From Candidatus Saccharimonadales bacterium (GTDB taxonomy: Bacteria; Patescibacteriota; Saccharimonadia; Saccharimonadales; UBA4665), in the NCBI GenBank assembly GCA_036383395.1, contig DASVOI010000014.1, positions 329 through 64,328 of the forward strand: 64,000 nt of DNA, written 5' to 3'. Shown piece by piece: positions 20,016 to 29,734 of this stretch. The notes under the pieces were generated by a model, which saw only the letters and a list, made by a program, of their open reading frames with translations, searched no databases and had not been told where the DNA came from. How positions within the stretch are numbered: the first letter of the stretch is position 1; each line of letters begins with the position of its first letter. A program made the position numbers and the translations under genes.

Positions 20016-21067
20016 TAGAGCGCGTACGTTTTGGCGGCGATATCGTCCCATGACAGCGTGTCAGCATAGTGGCGGGCGGTATGGCCCATAGATTTAAGGT
20101 TGCCGGCTAGTGCTTGCTCGAGCGCGTGCTGTAGGGTGTGGCTGTCGGAGCCTGGTTGATAAAATATGCCGGCCCCGGCGGGTATTTCTTTTATGGCGCC
20201 CAATCGCGGCGCGACAAGCGGCTTGCCAAAGGTGGCTGCCAAGATGGCCGATCCGCTGGTAGTGATGGTCTGGAATGGCATGCAAACAATGTCGGCGGCG
20301 GCAAAGTAGTCGGCCACCTCTTCCTCGGGGACTGACTGATGAATAAAGGTGATGTTGCGGTACTCCGTTGCCGCGGCGGTAAGGCTACGGGCAAGGTCGG
20401 GAGGCTGGCATTCACCAGCGATCAGCAAGTGGTCGCCGGACTTGAGTTGCTTGAACGCCTCCAGCAACTTTTCTACGCCTTTGTAGGGGCGTATAAGCCC
20501 GAAAAATAATATAACCCGGGCATTTGGCGCGACGCCGAAGTGCTTGCGTGCCGCCACCCGGCCGAGGCGTGTCGGGTATACCCCGTCGTAGTTCCCATGC
20601 GGAATAACAACAGTGCGGCTGGTATCGGCACCGGCCTCGCTCAGCTGTCGCGTTGTTTGTGGCGAGTGCACAATAATGCGGTCAGCCATCGCTGACAGGG
20701 TGCGGGTTATGCGGATGCCATAACCGTCGCGGCCTTCGTGCCCCACGACGTTATGCGCTGTCCAGACCAGCCGCATGCCCAGCAGATGTATGATGTGCAG
20801 CAATGCTACCGTTTGCAAAAATGACACCCGGCGAAAAAAGCGACCGCGCAGTGGCAGCTCCAGGAAGTACAGCCAATGTATATGGACCAGGCGCGTTCCG
20901 ACCAGTCGGGCGGCTAGCAACCGAGCGACCGTATACGGCCAAGCCAGGGGCGCAAGGTAACGCGTCGGTGGCTGCACATAAGAGACCTCGGCTTTTGTGA
21001 AGGCCGTGTTTGTGTAAAGCAGACGCTGGTAAGGGTTGCTCGCTCGAGGAAGGACTAAAATTTTCAT
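19979..21067 (-). CDS. GT4 glycosyltransferase
   Basis: NPYQRLLY, HIHWL, WTAHN, IPHG, FFGLIRPYKG and TSGSAILA. Confidence 0.9.
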   Translation of the reverse strand: MKILVLPRASNPYQRLLYTNTAFTKAEVSYVQPPTRYLAPLAWPYTVARLLAARLVGTRLVHIHWLYFLELPLRGRFFRRVSFLQTVALLHIIHLLGMRLVWTAHNVVGHEGRDGYGIRITRTLSAMADRIIVHSPQTTRQLSEAGADTSRTVVIPHGNYDGVYPTRLGRVAARKHFGVAPNARVILFFGLIRPYKGVEKLLEAFKQLKSGDHLLIAGECQPPDLARSLTAAATEYRNITFIHQSVPEEEVADYFAAADIVCMPFQTITTSGSAILAATFGKPLVAPRLGAIKEIPAGAGIFYQPGSDSHTLQHALEQALAGNLKSMGHTARHYADTLSWDDIAAKTYALYQEILTPSSIAS

Positions 21068-24000
21068 TATTTATAGATAACAGTACCGCCACCGCTATAG
21101 ATGGTACTCTTGTAATTATCTAGGAAGCCGGCTGGATATGCAAAGCCAGCGGCCGTGTCGTTGTACTTGTTATAGGCGGTGCCAGTTTCGGTGTTAACGC
21201 TGGAACGGAAGGCGTAGCCGCCTGGCGTGACACGGCCAGGCAGTATGCTTGGAATGGCTTTGTCGGTGCTCATTGTGCTGTATGCGTAGGCGTTCAGTCG
21301 GGTATAGCGGTCGTAGTTTACGACAGCGTTCGGGTTTTTATGACTCTGTAGCCAGTTAACGGCCGATATATCGGCGTCGTTCGTGTAATAGCGGTTGTAT
21401 GTCTCGTTGTTGTTGGAAAGATTGATGTCGCCAGCCCCAAAGCCAAGTTGGTTGACCAGTCCGGTCGTCGAGGCACCATATGCCAAGACTAGCGCAACTA
21501 TAGCCGGCCACGCCCACGAGGATTTTTTTCGCAACAGTGCCTGGGTGCCCAGTACAGGAGCGACAGCTAACACGACCAATAACTGTTGGTAGAGGCGGTC
21601 GAGATTATATTTGTCCGAAAGGAATGGCACGGCAGTGAGTGTCAGCAGCATTACCGCTCCTGCTGCGGCTAGCGCACCCAATTCTATAGATAGGTCGCCC
21701 CGCCAGGCCCGCAGCACCAGTACGCCCACGCCGACGAGGAAGACCAGCTTCACTAGCAGCGGTACTGCCAGGCGCGAAGCGGCTAGCAAGCCCTTGCCTG
21801 CCGTGGAGGTGGCAGTCGCACCCCTTTCTTTTACGGGTATGGTCGGGTACTGTTGATAAATATGCTGACTGTAAGCGTCAGGGGCAAGGTTTTGCTGCTG
21901 TAGCGTTGCTATCGAGAAATCGCCGCTGCCCTTGTGCGTGAACGAGAAGGTGTTGGTGACAAATGTGCTGCGCTCGCTGCTGTGCAGCAGTTCGCTGGCC
22001 CGACTAAGGTGATGTAGTGCCGTACTGGCCTTATACGCGAGCACGGTCGGAGCGTTTGTGAGGGGGGCGTACCAGATGACTCCAAAAAGCAGTAGACTGC
22101 CAATGACCGCCGGCCGCAATACAATGCCAAGCGTGCCTTGACCGGCTCGGCCGCGTAGTCGCGGCCACACTTTAGGCGCAGCATAGACGGTAAGTGCGGC
22201 GGCGGCAAGCATGCTCAGCCCGACAATAGAGGTTGAGTAGTGCGACACGACCATGCCCATGCCAAAGGCGACGATGAGCAGTTTGCGCGTACGCACGGGC
22301 AGCGCATCTATTGCCGCGACAGCGAAGATCAGGCAGAAGAATACAAAGGCTATCTCCTGGCGGATAAGCGCCGGGAACTGCAACACGAATTGGAATTGTA
22401 GTGCGAAGAATAGTGCGGCGACAAATGCGGCTTTTGGGGAAGCCGCCTTGAAGCCGCGCGTCACTTTATATACCAACAACGGCACAACCGCCGCAAAGAG
22501 CTGCATCGCCAACTTGAACACGTACTCGGCGGGCACATGCAGCAAATGCGCTAAAACCGTCGGCAATACTGTGATACTCAAGCAGGCGTTGTAGGTGTTG
22601 TGTATGGCGTTGGCCTGCCAAATGCCCTGCTGCAGCGTTGCGGTGAATACCTGGAACTCCTGGTGGATGTCGTAGCCAATGAGGTGGTTGCTGCGCAGGC
22701 TGACACTTAACAGCAGACCGGCGCTGATACCCCATAGGCTAGCGGCGATTTCGCCGCCGGTGGGCCGACGCCGCAACGCCACTAAATAGATCTGCCAAAC
22801 AAGCATGATAATCAGGGTGCCAATCGCTAAAGCGCCACCGGCATGATTGTTAAGGCGCTCAGCGCCAAAAGCGGCGAGCGGCGGGAACGCTAGTGGCACG
22901 GCGATGCGCCAGTGACGGCTCAGCGTGGGGACGATTACTCGCGGCAGTACTGCCCCCCTGGCCCAGGCTCGGGCCAGCAGCACAATTTCTGCGGCATAGA
23001 ATACGACTACCACCGGGCCGGCGCTGAGGGTGTGCCAGCCCGCTATGATGCCAACGGTGTTGAGTGCCCATCCCAGCCCAAGCAATCCTAGTAAACTAAG
23101 GCCGACCGAAAGTCCCAGCCACTCCATGAGCCGGAATCCGCGGCTGCGTTTTAGCTGCGCGGCCACCAGCGTGCCGAATAGCAGGCCAAAGTTAAGCAAG
23201 TGCAGGCCCACGGCTAAAGGCGTACTTTGCAATACAAACTGCGTCAGCAGTGAGCCGCCGAGTAGTGCCAGCACCCAACCCGGTAGGTTTGTGCTGCGCT
23301 TGTGGCTGCGTACGGCCGTAAATTTATCCAGTTGCCCGTTAATGCTGGCCGCTACAGATTGCCAGGTGTGCCCGGCGCGGATGTAGGCCAGCCCGGCTGC
23401 GCCCAACTCGTCGCGGCGCGTTTTGTTGTTTAGCAGAGCGATCAGCTTTTTGGCCAGGTCGGCACTGTTTTCTGGCTTGGCCGCTACCACGACACCTTTG
23501 AAATGATCGCTTAGACCGGCGATGTCGCTGACCACTACCGCCCGACCGCACGCCAAATACTCGTACACCTTAAACGGCGAGTTAAGCCCCGCGCGTTCCT
23601 TCGTGTAGTAGGCCAGGCATACATCGCAGGAGTTGAGGAAGGCCGGCACTTGCGAGTGGTCGATGCTGCCCAGGAACTCTACATTGCGTTCCAGGCCCAG
23701 GCTCGCGGCCATTTTTTGGAGTTCCGGTAATTGCTCGCCGTCACCCGCTATTATCATTTTGGCGTTCGGCAACTGCCGAACGATCTGCTTCATGGCGGTA
23801 ACGGCGTAGGCCATGCCTTCCCAAGATGTCAGGTGGCCCACGAAACCGATGCGTAGTTCATCGGTGGAGCGGTTGATCTGCATCGGCCGTAACGTGCTGG
23901 TGTTTACGCCGTTTTCGACCACCGTAATTTTGTTGCGGGGCAGCCTGTATTTGCGCATGAGGTGCCGCTTCAGGCCATCGGTTACCGTGAAGATATGCTG

Positions 24001-25584
24001 CGCCTGGTTGTACGCCGCGCCCTCAATGATGCGGAAAATACGGACGCGCTTCCATAGCCCACGCAGCGGCAGACGAGCGTCGGCGAGCGTCTCTTCTTCG
24101 ATTACGCCATTTGTTTCAACAAACAGCGGCAGCCGGCGCAGTTTGCTAATAAGAGTGGGGGCGATCATGAATGGTTCTTGGCGAACGTAGAGGATGCCAT
24201 TGCGCCGTGCGCGGCTAAAGGCATAGAGCGCAGCGAACAGTTTTGCCTGATAAATGATCGGAGCGATAGACTTTAGCATAGTTGACATGCGCACGCGGCG
24301 GAACCCGAAGGCGGTGTCCGCCTGCTGAGCAAGCAAGGGTGCGAACAATGTAACGTCCCGGCCTTGGGCCTGGAGATTTTGACAGACTTCATAGACATGA
24401 ATAGAGGGCGCCAAGCTGTTGTCGATGGCAAAATTAGCAGCGTACGCCACTGGCCGCGCCATCGCTTGTGCAAATAGGGCGTCGGTTTTGCGGGCGCTTG
24501 TTTCCCAAGTCAGGGTTTCCTGCACCCGTTCGTAGCCGGCTTCGCCCAGCTTGGACAAGCTGCTGCTTCGTAGCGCCTTGGTTATGGCTTTAGCCAGCGT
24601 GCGGGGTTTGCCCGGTGCCGTTAACAGCCCGTCCACACCGTCGCGTATCAGGGTGCCGAGCGCACCAATGTTGGCGCCCAACACAGGAGTTTTACAGGCC
24701 CACGCCTCTGGGAGTACTGTGGGAAAGGCGTCGTTGGCCGTCGTGGGGTATGCAACCAGAAGCGCGGCTGACTGGATGAGCTTGTATTTCGCCCCGCCCT
24801 CTACGAAGCCATGGAATGTCACGTTTTTCTCGAGTCCCAGCTCCGCGACACGGGCTTCGTAGCGTGTCCGTGCGTTGCCGTCTCCCAAAACGTGGAGTTC
24901 TACTTTTGGTTCGCCCCTTTTGGATAGACGCACCGCTTCCAGCAGCTCATCGAGACCTTTCCAGGAATGGCTACGGTCCAGGCTGCCCACGAAGACAAGC
25001 CGTTTGCTGTGGCGTTTAGGCTTGTCGGCCGGTATGTCTGCCGGATCAATGGCGTTATAAACAACGGCCGCTTTGGCCTGCGCAATTTTGGGCAATTGTT
25101 CCTTCACGTATTCGGAAACGGCAATTACCTTGGTCGCGCGGCGGAATGTGCGCTTTTGTACCGCTTCGGTTGCGCGCGTCAGCAGGCCCATGGCGGTCGA
25201 GCCTTTTTTGCGCAGCGTGGCGGCATGATATGTCACCACCGTAGGGATTTTCCCGGCGGCACGAACAGCAACGTCCGCCAGGCCGGGGACCGGAGCGTGA
25301 GCATTAATAAGGTCGGGTTGTTCGGCGCGGATCAATCGTTTTAGTTGGAAATACCACATGGGGTGGAACGGTGTGTTGGAGATCCGGCCCAGAATTGGCA
25401 GGCGGACGACCCGGAGGCCTTCTACCGTTTCGTGCTTTGTGCCTTTGCTGTCGTGGTTGGTGGTGACGACAACCACATCATCGCCATTAGCCTGAAGCTG
25501 CTTGGCCAGCTGTAGCGCGTAGTTTTCCAGGCCGCCGATTTTCGGGGCGAAGTACGGCGTTACAAACATGACTTTGCGGCTCAT
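21067..25584 (-). CDS. GT4-GT4-DUF2206-like multi-TM fusion protein (1505 aa)
   Basis: Two GT-B units (YFAPKIGGLE...WKGL...AFPTVLPEAW; FVGHL...SPFKVYEYLACG) followed by about 13 TM helices with LIGYDIHQEF, RQEIA and VVSHYST. Confidence 0.8.
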   Translation of the reverse strand: MSRKVMFVTPYFAPKIGGLENYALQLAKQLQANGDDVVVVTTNHDSKGTKHETVEGLRVVRLPILGRISNTPFHPMWYFQLKRLIRAEQPDLINAHAPVPGLADVAVRAAGKIPTVVTYHAATLRKKGSTAMGLLTRATEAVQKRTFRRATKVIAVSEYVKEQLPKIAQAKAAVVYNAIDPADIPADKPKRHSKRLVFVGSLDRSHSWKGLDELLEAVRLSKRGEPKVELHVLGDGNARTRYEARVAELGLEKNVTFHGFVEGGAKYKLIQSAALLVAYPTTANDAFPTVLPEAWACKTPVLGANIGALGTLIRDGVDGLLTAPGKPRTLAKAITKALRSSSLSKLGEAGYERVQETLTWETSARKTDALFAQAMARPVAYAANFAIDNSLAPSIHVYEVCQNLQAQGRDVTLFAPLLAQQADTAFGFRRVRMSTMLKSIAPIIYQAKLFAALYAFSRARRNGILYVRQEPFMIAPTLISKLRRLPLFVETNGVIEEETLADARLPLRGLWKRVRIFRIIEGAAYNQAQHIFTVTDGLKRHLMRKYRLPRNKITVVENGVNTSTLRPMQINRSTDELRIGFVGHLTSWEGMAYAVTAMKQIVRQLPNAKMIIAGDGEQLPELQKMAASLGLERNVEFLGSIDHSQVPAFLNSCDVCLAYYTKERAGLNSPFKVYEYLACGRAVVVSDIAGLSDHFKGVVVAAKPENSADLAKKLIALLNNKTRRDELGAAGLAYIRAGHTWQSVAASINGQLDKFTAVRSHKRSTNLPGWVLALLGGSLLTQFVLQSTPLAVGLHLLNFGLLFGTLVAAQLKRSRGFRLMEWLGLSVGLSLLGLLGLGWALNTVGIIAGWHTLSAGPVVVVFYAAEIVLLARAWARGAVLPRVIVPTLSRHWRIAVPLAFPPLAAFGAERLNNHAGGALAIGTLIIMLVWQIYLVALRRRPTGGEIAASLWGISAGLLLSVSLRSNHLIGYDIHQEFQVFTATLQQGIWQANAIHNTYNACLSITVLPTVLAHLLHVPAEYVFKLAMQLFAAVVPLLVYKVTRGFKAASPKAAFVAALFFALQFQFVLQFPALIRQEIAFVFFCLIFAVAAIDALPVRTRKLLIVAFGMGMVVSHYSTSIVGLSMLAAAALTVYAAPKVWPRLRGRAGQGTLGIVLRPAVIGSLLLFGVIWYAPLTNAPTVLAYKASTALHHLSRASELLHSSERSTFVTNTFSFTHKGSGDFSIATLQQQNLAPDAYSQHIYQQYPTIPVKERGATATSTAGKGLLAASRLAVPLLVKLVFLVGVGVLVLRAWRGDLSIELGALAAAGAVMLLTLTAVPFLSDKYNLDRLYQQLLVVLAVAPVLGTQALLRKKSSWAWPAIVALVLAYGASTTGLVNQLGFGAGDINLSNNNETYNRYYTNDADISAVNWLQSHKNPNAVVNYDRYTRLNAYAYSTMSTDKAIPSILPGRVTPGGYAFRSSVNTETGTAYNKYNDTAAGFAYPAGFLDNYKSTIYSGGGTVIYK

Positions 25585-26072
25585 TCTGCGCTCCGATTAG
25601 CCCAGTAAGATAAGCTCAAATGTTCACCACCAGAGGTGATGCTGAGAGCCATCTTGCTGCGGCTGCCGCCATCTATTGGGTAAAAAGGAATAATCACACT
25701 TTTATGCTCGGCGGCACGTAAGGACACCGTGCCGTCGGCTAGGGTCACTAGCGGACTGTTTTGGACGTCAAACTGTGTCACTGTGTAGCGGTAGGCGGTG
25801 GAGATGCCCTCGTGGTTCTCGAGCGTCACCGTCATGTATTGACGTTTACTGGGCGTGTAGTGCTTGGGCAGGTTTGAGGGCTGTGTAAAGTACGCTGTGC
25901 TGAAGGTCTGCCCTTGGGGCAGCACATGCCAGTGACGCAGCGCACCTGATAGATCAGACGAGCCAACGCTCAAAAAAAAGAGGATCACAATTGTTGCGGC
26001 AAGGACGGCAGCGCGGCTCGGGCGCGATGCACGGCGCAGAATGACTCGGAGTGTGGGGCGGACTTGAGACAT
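25581..26072 (-). CDS. DUF1616-like membrane-anchored Ig-fold protein
   Basis: N-terminal TM then FSTAYF...VTLENHEG...YRYTV pattern; overlaps the start of the DUF2206-like fusion. Confidence 0.55.
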   Translation of the reverse strand: MSQVRPTLRVILRRASRPSRAAVLAATIVILFFLSVGSSDLSGALRHWHVLPQGQTFSTAYFTQPSNLPKHYTPSKRQYMTVTLENHEGISTAYRYTVTQFDVQNSPLVTLADGTVSLRAAEHKSVIIPFYPIDGGSRSKMALSITSGGEHLSLSYWANRSAE

Positions 26073-26159
26073 ACATTTGACCTATCGTTTATTTGATTGC
26101 ATTATCGCATAAATTACAGAGAAAGTCTAGCATTTTTACAATTTTATTATATGGCTGCT

Positions 26160-28457
26160 TTACTGCATTTGAACGAATAGGTTGGTGCCGGCGGTACCAT
26201 TTGCCGCGTTGCCGCCCGTGCCGCAGCCTGCTGCGCCAAGGCCTCCGGCCAGATTTAGCACGCCGCTATTGATTACCGGATTAACGCTGTAAACAAGTAC
26301 GGCACCCCCTCCACCTCCTCCGCCTCCGCCGCAGTTCCCGACAGTTGGTGCAAAGCCGTTGCCGCCCCTGGCGGTTAGTACGCCAGTGTTTATAAAGGTC
26401 CGGGCGAAGATAATGATAAGTGCTCCGCCTGAGCCGCCTGCCCCGCCTTTGTTGGTGCCGTCACCACCTCCGCCCGAGCCGCCCGAGCCGCCGCTGACCA
26501 CAAATGTTGCTGCGGCAAATCCGACCGCACCTGAGAGGCATGCTTGTGCATTGCGCAGCATCCAGTTCACGCTGGATCGCGGCGATTGTTGCGCGCCTCC
26601 GGCCCCTGCCGCGCCGTTGCCGCCAGCACCACCCCGACCTACGCCAAACCCACCGATATTACCTTGGCTGCCTGCCGCCGTATTACCTGCTCCGCCCAAT
26701 TGACCGCCGCCCAGCGCGCTTTGCGTGGTTGCCGGTGTGGCGACTGAGCCGGTAGCATCGTTACCATTAGCGTCGATGGTGCCACTATTGGTGATGGTGC
26801 CTGTAGAATAGAGGCGGAAGCTGCTGCACCGTAGCGTAATACCCGACGATATGGTGAGCGATGTAACGAGTGCGTCACGGGTCATCGTATACGTGGAGCC
26901 TGCTAGCGACGCCCACTGCACTGTAGTGGTGCCGTCCAGGGCGGCTGCGCCGTCGCTGCCGTCGCCGAAGGTGCCAAGGGCGAAGGTGCCATGGGGCGCG
27001 TTAGTGTTTATCCACATGCCACTGCTAGCATTGTAGGCAATCGTCTGCCCGTCACTAAGCGTGCCGAGCTGCATGTCGCTCAGGTTGGCCAGCGTATTAC
27101 CCGGATTGCGCTGGATGCCGTTAGCGTGTATGCCGTTGGCAAGCAGCACGGAGTCCGCCGAAATGTCGCCGAGCATGGTGTACCCTGTTTGGGCAGAAGT
27201 AGTGAAGCGGATATCGTTGCCATCTGATCCTCCGGCTAGGCGCAAGCCGTAACCCTGATTGCCTATCAGATTGCCCGATTGATACCCTTGCAGCGCCGTA
27301 AAGTCTATAACACAGTGCGATGCGTTCCAAAGTTCAACGGCGGCGTATTGTCCGGCAGCATTCCCTTGCCCGTGATTATTGCTGTCGGCCACGCAGCTCT
27401 GCAGGATACTGCCGTTTGTGTTGTGTAGGTAAAACCCCTGGGCAAAGTTATTCTGAGCGGTACAGCTACTAAGTAATGCGTAAGCGAATGAATTCTCAAT
27501 GCGAAAGCCGGCCCCGCGCGAAGCGTCTACTTTCCCGCTGTCCCAGGCCTTGCAGTTGCTGAGCATAATGTCGCCGTTATCAAGGTAAAAACCCTCCAGT
27601 CCGGCATTCTCCGAACTGCAGTTAACTATGAAAGTGTCGTAGGTGGTATTAAAACTGTTGCCCCAGCACCCCGAAACATACACATTTTCGAAGCGCATTT
27701 CGCTGCGGCCGGAAGCATTGATGCCATCGTCATGGCAGTAACGAACGCGGACGTTTTTAACATGCTGATGCGTATCGAACCAGGCATCATTGGCGGCGCC
27801 CGTATTGGTTGGATTGGTGTTAAATTTAATGCCGTGTGAGGTTGCGCTTTGCCCGCTGCGGTTTCCGTCGATAGTCAGGTCCCATACACCCACGAATTCG
27901 CCGTTCGCCCCGATGCCGTCGCTGCTTACATGATTGGTGACGACACTTTTATTGGCGTTGCTATTCATCGTAATGACAGTGGCATACATGCCCGCTCCTT
28001 GCAGCACTACCCCGTCGTAGAGCACCAGGCCGGTTACGCGCGTCAGGCCGCGTGGCACATACACAATACCCCCGCTGCCGCCGGCTACAGCGGTGCTGTT
28101 ATATGCGGCATTAATGGCGGCTTGGATTGCCGTGGTGTCATCGCTGGAGCCGTCGATTTTGGCGCCATAGTCGCGTACATCATACACGATCTGTCGTGTT
28201 GACCACTGTTCCCATTGTGCCGAAACGGCGCCGCCGCTGAAGGCAGAACTGGAAACGTGCGCTGCCTTGCAGCGCCAACTGGCACCATCATATGAGACGA
28301 TGTCGTTGACGCTATAGACAGTATCGACAGACCAAACACCGCGTGCGGTAATGCCAGACCGCAAACTGCCGTCTTCATTGTGTGCTACTCTGAGAAACTC
28401 ATTTAAAATGCTTCCCCAGTTATTGTTGTCGCCGCCAGGCGTCGGAAGACGAGACAT
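26160..28457 (-). CDS. Tailspike-like surface protein: CBM5/12-like module, pectate-lyase-3 cap, right-handed beta-helix and Gly-rich C-terminal domain
   Basis: MSRLPTPGGDNNNWGSILNEFL N-terminus; WSVDTVYSVNDIVSYDGASWRC; YDVRDYGAKIDGSSDDTTAIQAAINAA; beta-helix repeats; GGGGGGGG tail. Start 28457 follows GAGGAGG. Confidence 0.8.
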   Translation of the reverse strand: MSRLPTPGGDNNNWGSILNEFLRVAHNEDGSLRSGITARGVWSVDTVYSVNDIVSYDGASWRCKAAHVSSSAFSGGAVSAQWEQWSTRQIVYDVRDYGAKIDGSSDDTTAIQAAINAAYNSTAVAGGSGGIVYVPRGLTRVTGLVLYDGVVLQGAGMYATVITMNSNANKSVVTNHVSSDGIGANGEFVGVWDLTIDGNRSGQSATSHGIKFNTNPTNTGAANDAWFDTHQHVKNVRVRYCHDDGINASGRSEMRFENVYVSGCWGNSFNTTYDTFIVNCSSENAGLEGFYLDNGDIMLSNCKAWDSGKVDASRGAGFRIENSFAYALLSSCTAQNNFAQGFYLHNTNGSILQSCVADSNNHGQGNAAGQYAAVELWNASHCVIDFTALQGYQSGNLIGNQGYGLRLAGGSDGNDIRFTTSAQTGYTMLGDISADSVLLANGIHANGIQRNPGNTLANLSDMQLGTLSDGQTIAYNASSGMWINTNAPHGTFALGTFGDGSDGAAALDGTTTVQWASLAGSTYTMTRDALVTSLTISSGITLRCSSFRLYSTGTITNSGTIDANGNDATGSVATPATTQSALGGGQLGGAGNTAAGSQGNIGGFGVGRGGAGGNGAAGAGGAQQSPRSSVNWMLRNAQACLSGAVGFAAATFVVSGGSGGSGGGGDGTNKGGAGGSGGALIIIFARTFINTGVLTARGGNGFAPTVGNCGGGGGGGGGAVLVYSVNPVINSGVLNLAGGLGAAGCGTGGNAANGTAGTNLFVQMQ

Positions 28458-28718
28458 ACGTTTAATAGACCCCTCCTCGAGGGTTCGTCTGTTTTTTACC
28501 GGCCCGACAGAGCATACGCGCAAGTCGTTCGAGCTTCAAGGCAAAACAAACAACACCCATCCCTATCAGTGGTTGTAATATTTACTTTGAATCAGTGGAT
28601 TGTATATTTTATATATTTTTGCCGGGACCACCCCAATAACTTGCACGCCGCTAACGTGAGCAATTATTCCCCTTTTCTCTTATGCTTATGACTAAGCATT
28701 ATAGCAATTTTAGGATCA

Positions 28719-28734
28719 TGTGAGAAATATCACA
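28719..28734. promoter_or_regulatory. Perfect Crp/CAP box TGTGA-GAAATA-TCACA
   Basis: 10/10 consensus with ATTT flank, between divergent extended -10 promoters (TGC-TATAAT minus 28698-28706; TGG-TATACT plus 28758-28766). Confidence 0.75.
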
Positions 28735-28773
28735 TTTACAATCGCGCGCCGCCAGGCTGGTATACTGGTGAGT

Positions 28774-29733
28774 ATGAAAATTGTTGTAACCGGCGGCGCC
28801 GGCTATATTGGTAGTGTTGTTACCGCCCATCTTCTCGAAGCCGGGCATGAGGTTGTGGTAATCGACAATTTGTCGCAAGGCCACCGCGATGCCGTGCCTG
28901 AAGGCGCGACGCTTATTGAGGCGGATATTCGCGATTTTGCGCGTGTCATTAAGCCGGAAGACGGCGTAGACGTTATGCATTTTGCTTCGTATATTGCGGC
29001 CGGGGAATCAATGCGCGAGCCGGGCAAGTACTGGCAAAACAACACCGCCGCATCACTGGAACTGTTGGAGGCCGTGCGCGCCTTAGGTGTGCCGCGGTTT
29101 ATTTTTTCATCGACGGCGGCCGTGTATGGCAATCCCAAGGCGGTGCCTATTACTGAGGACGCTTCTGTGCAGCCAACCAGCACCTACGGCATGACCAAGC
29201 TGGCGCTTGATATGGCGATAACCAGCTATTCGCAGGCGCACGGCCTGGCGGCAACCAGCCTCCGCTATTTCAACGTGGCCGGAGCATATGGCAAATATGG
29301 TGAGCGCCATCCCGAGGAAACGCACATCATTCCCTTGGCGCTAGCGGTCGCCGCCGGCAAACGGCCGGCCTTCCTGCTCTATGGTGACGACTACGACACG
29401 CCGGATGGGACTTGCATCCGGGATTATATTCATGTGGCCGACTTGGCGCGGGCCCACCTTTTGGCGTTGGATCATGTAGAATCGGGCAGGCACGATATCT
29501 ACAACTTGGGTAATGGTAGAGGTTTTTCGAACAAGGAGGTCATCGCCGCCGTGGAGCGCGTGACTGGTGCGGGGTTGACGATAGAGATGCGCCCGCGGCG
29601 TGAGGGCGACCCTGCCATGCTCATTGCCTCGAGCCAACGAGCTCAAGACGTGCTTGGCTGGCGGCCGCAGAAGGCGTCACTAGATGATATGGTCGGCGAT
29701 GCCTGGGCATTTTTCCAGGCCCAATCGCGATAA
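28774..29733 (+). CDS. galE: UDP-glucose 4-epimerase
   Basis: GGAGYIGS, FSSTAAVYG, YGMTK, LRYFNVAGA and DGTCIRDYIHV. Confidence 0.96.
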   Translation: MKIVVTGGAGYIGSVVTAHLLEAGHEVVVIDNLSQGHRDAVPEGATLIEADIRDFARVIKPEDGVDVMHFASYIAAGESMREPGKYWQNNTAASLELLEAVRALGVPRFIFSSTAAVYGNPKAVPITEDASVQPTSTYGMTKLALDMAITSYSQAHGLAATSLRYFNVAGAYGKYGERHPEETHIIPLALAVAAGKRPAFLLYGDDYDTPDGTCIRDYIHVADLARAHLLALDHVESGRHDIYNLGNGRGFSNKEVIAAVERVTGAGLTIEMRPRREGDPAMLIASSQRAQDVLGWRPQKASLDDMVGDAWAFFQAQSR

Positions 29734-29734
29734 G

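Noticed and set aside
26160-28457. Prophage remnant suggested by the tailspike-like gene
   Set aside because: No capsid, terminase, portal, integrase or other tail genes; flanked by glycan genes.
28458-28700. c-di-GMP-I or c-di-AMP riboswitch in the long leader (GGCAAA seen)
   Set aside because: The GNRA-capped stem with GACGCAAAG and the ydaO motifs are absent; an Infernal scan would be needed.
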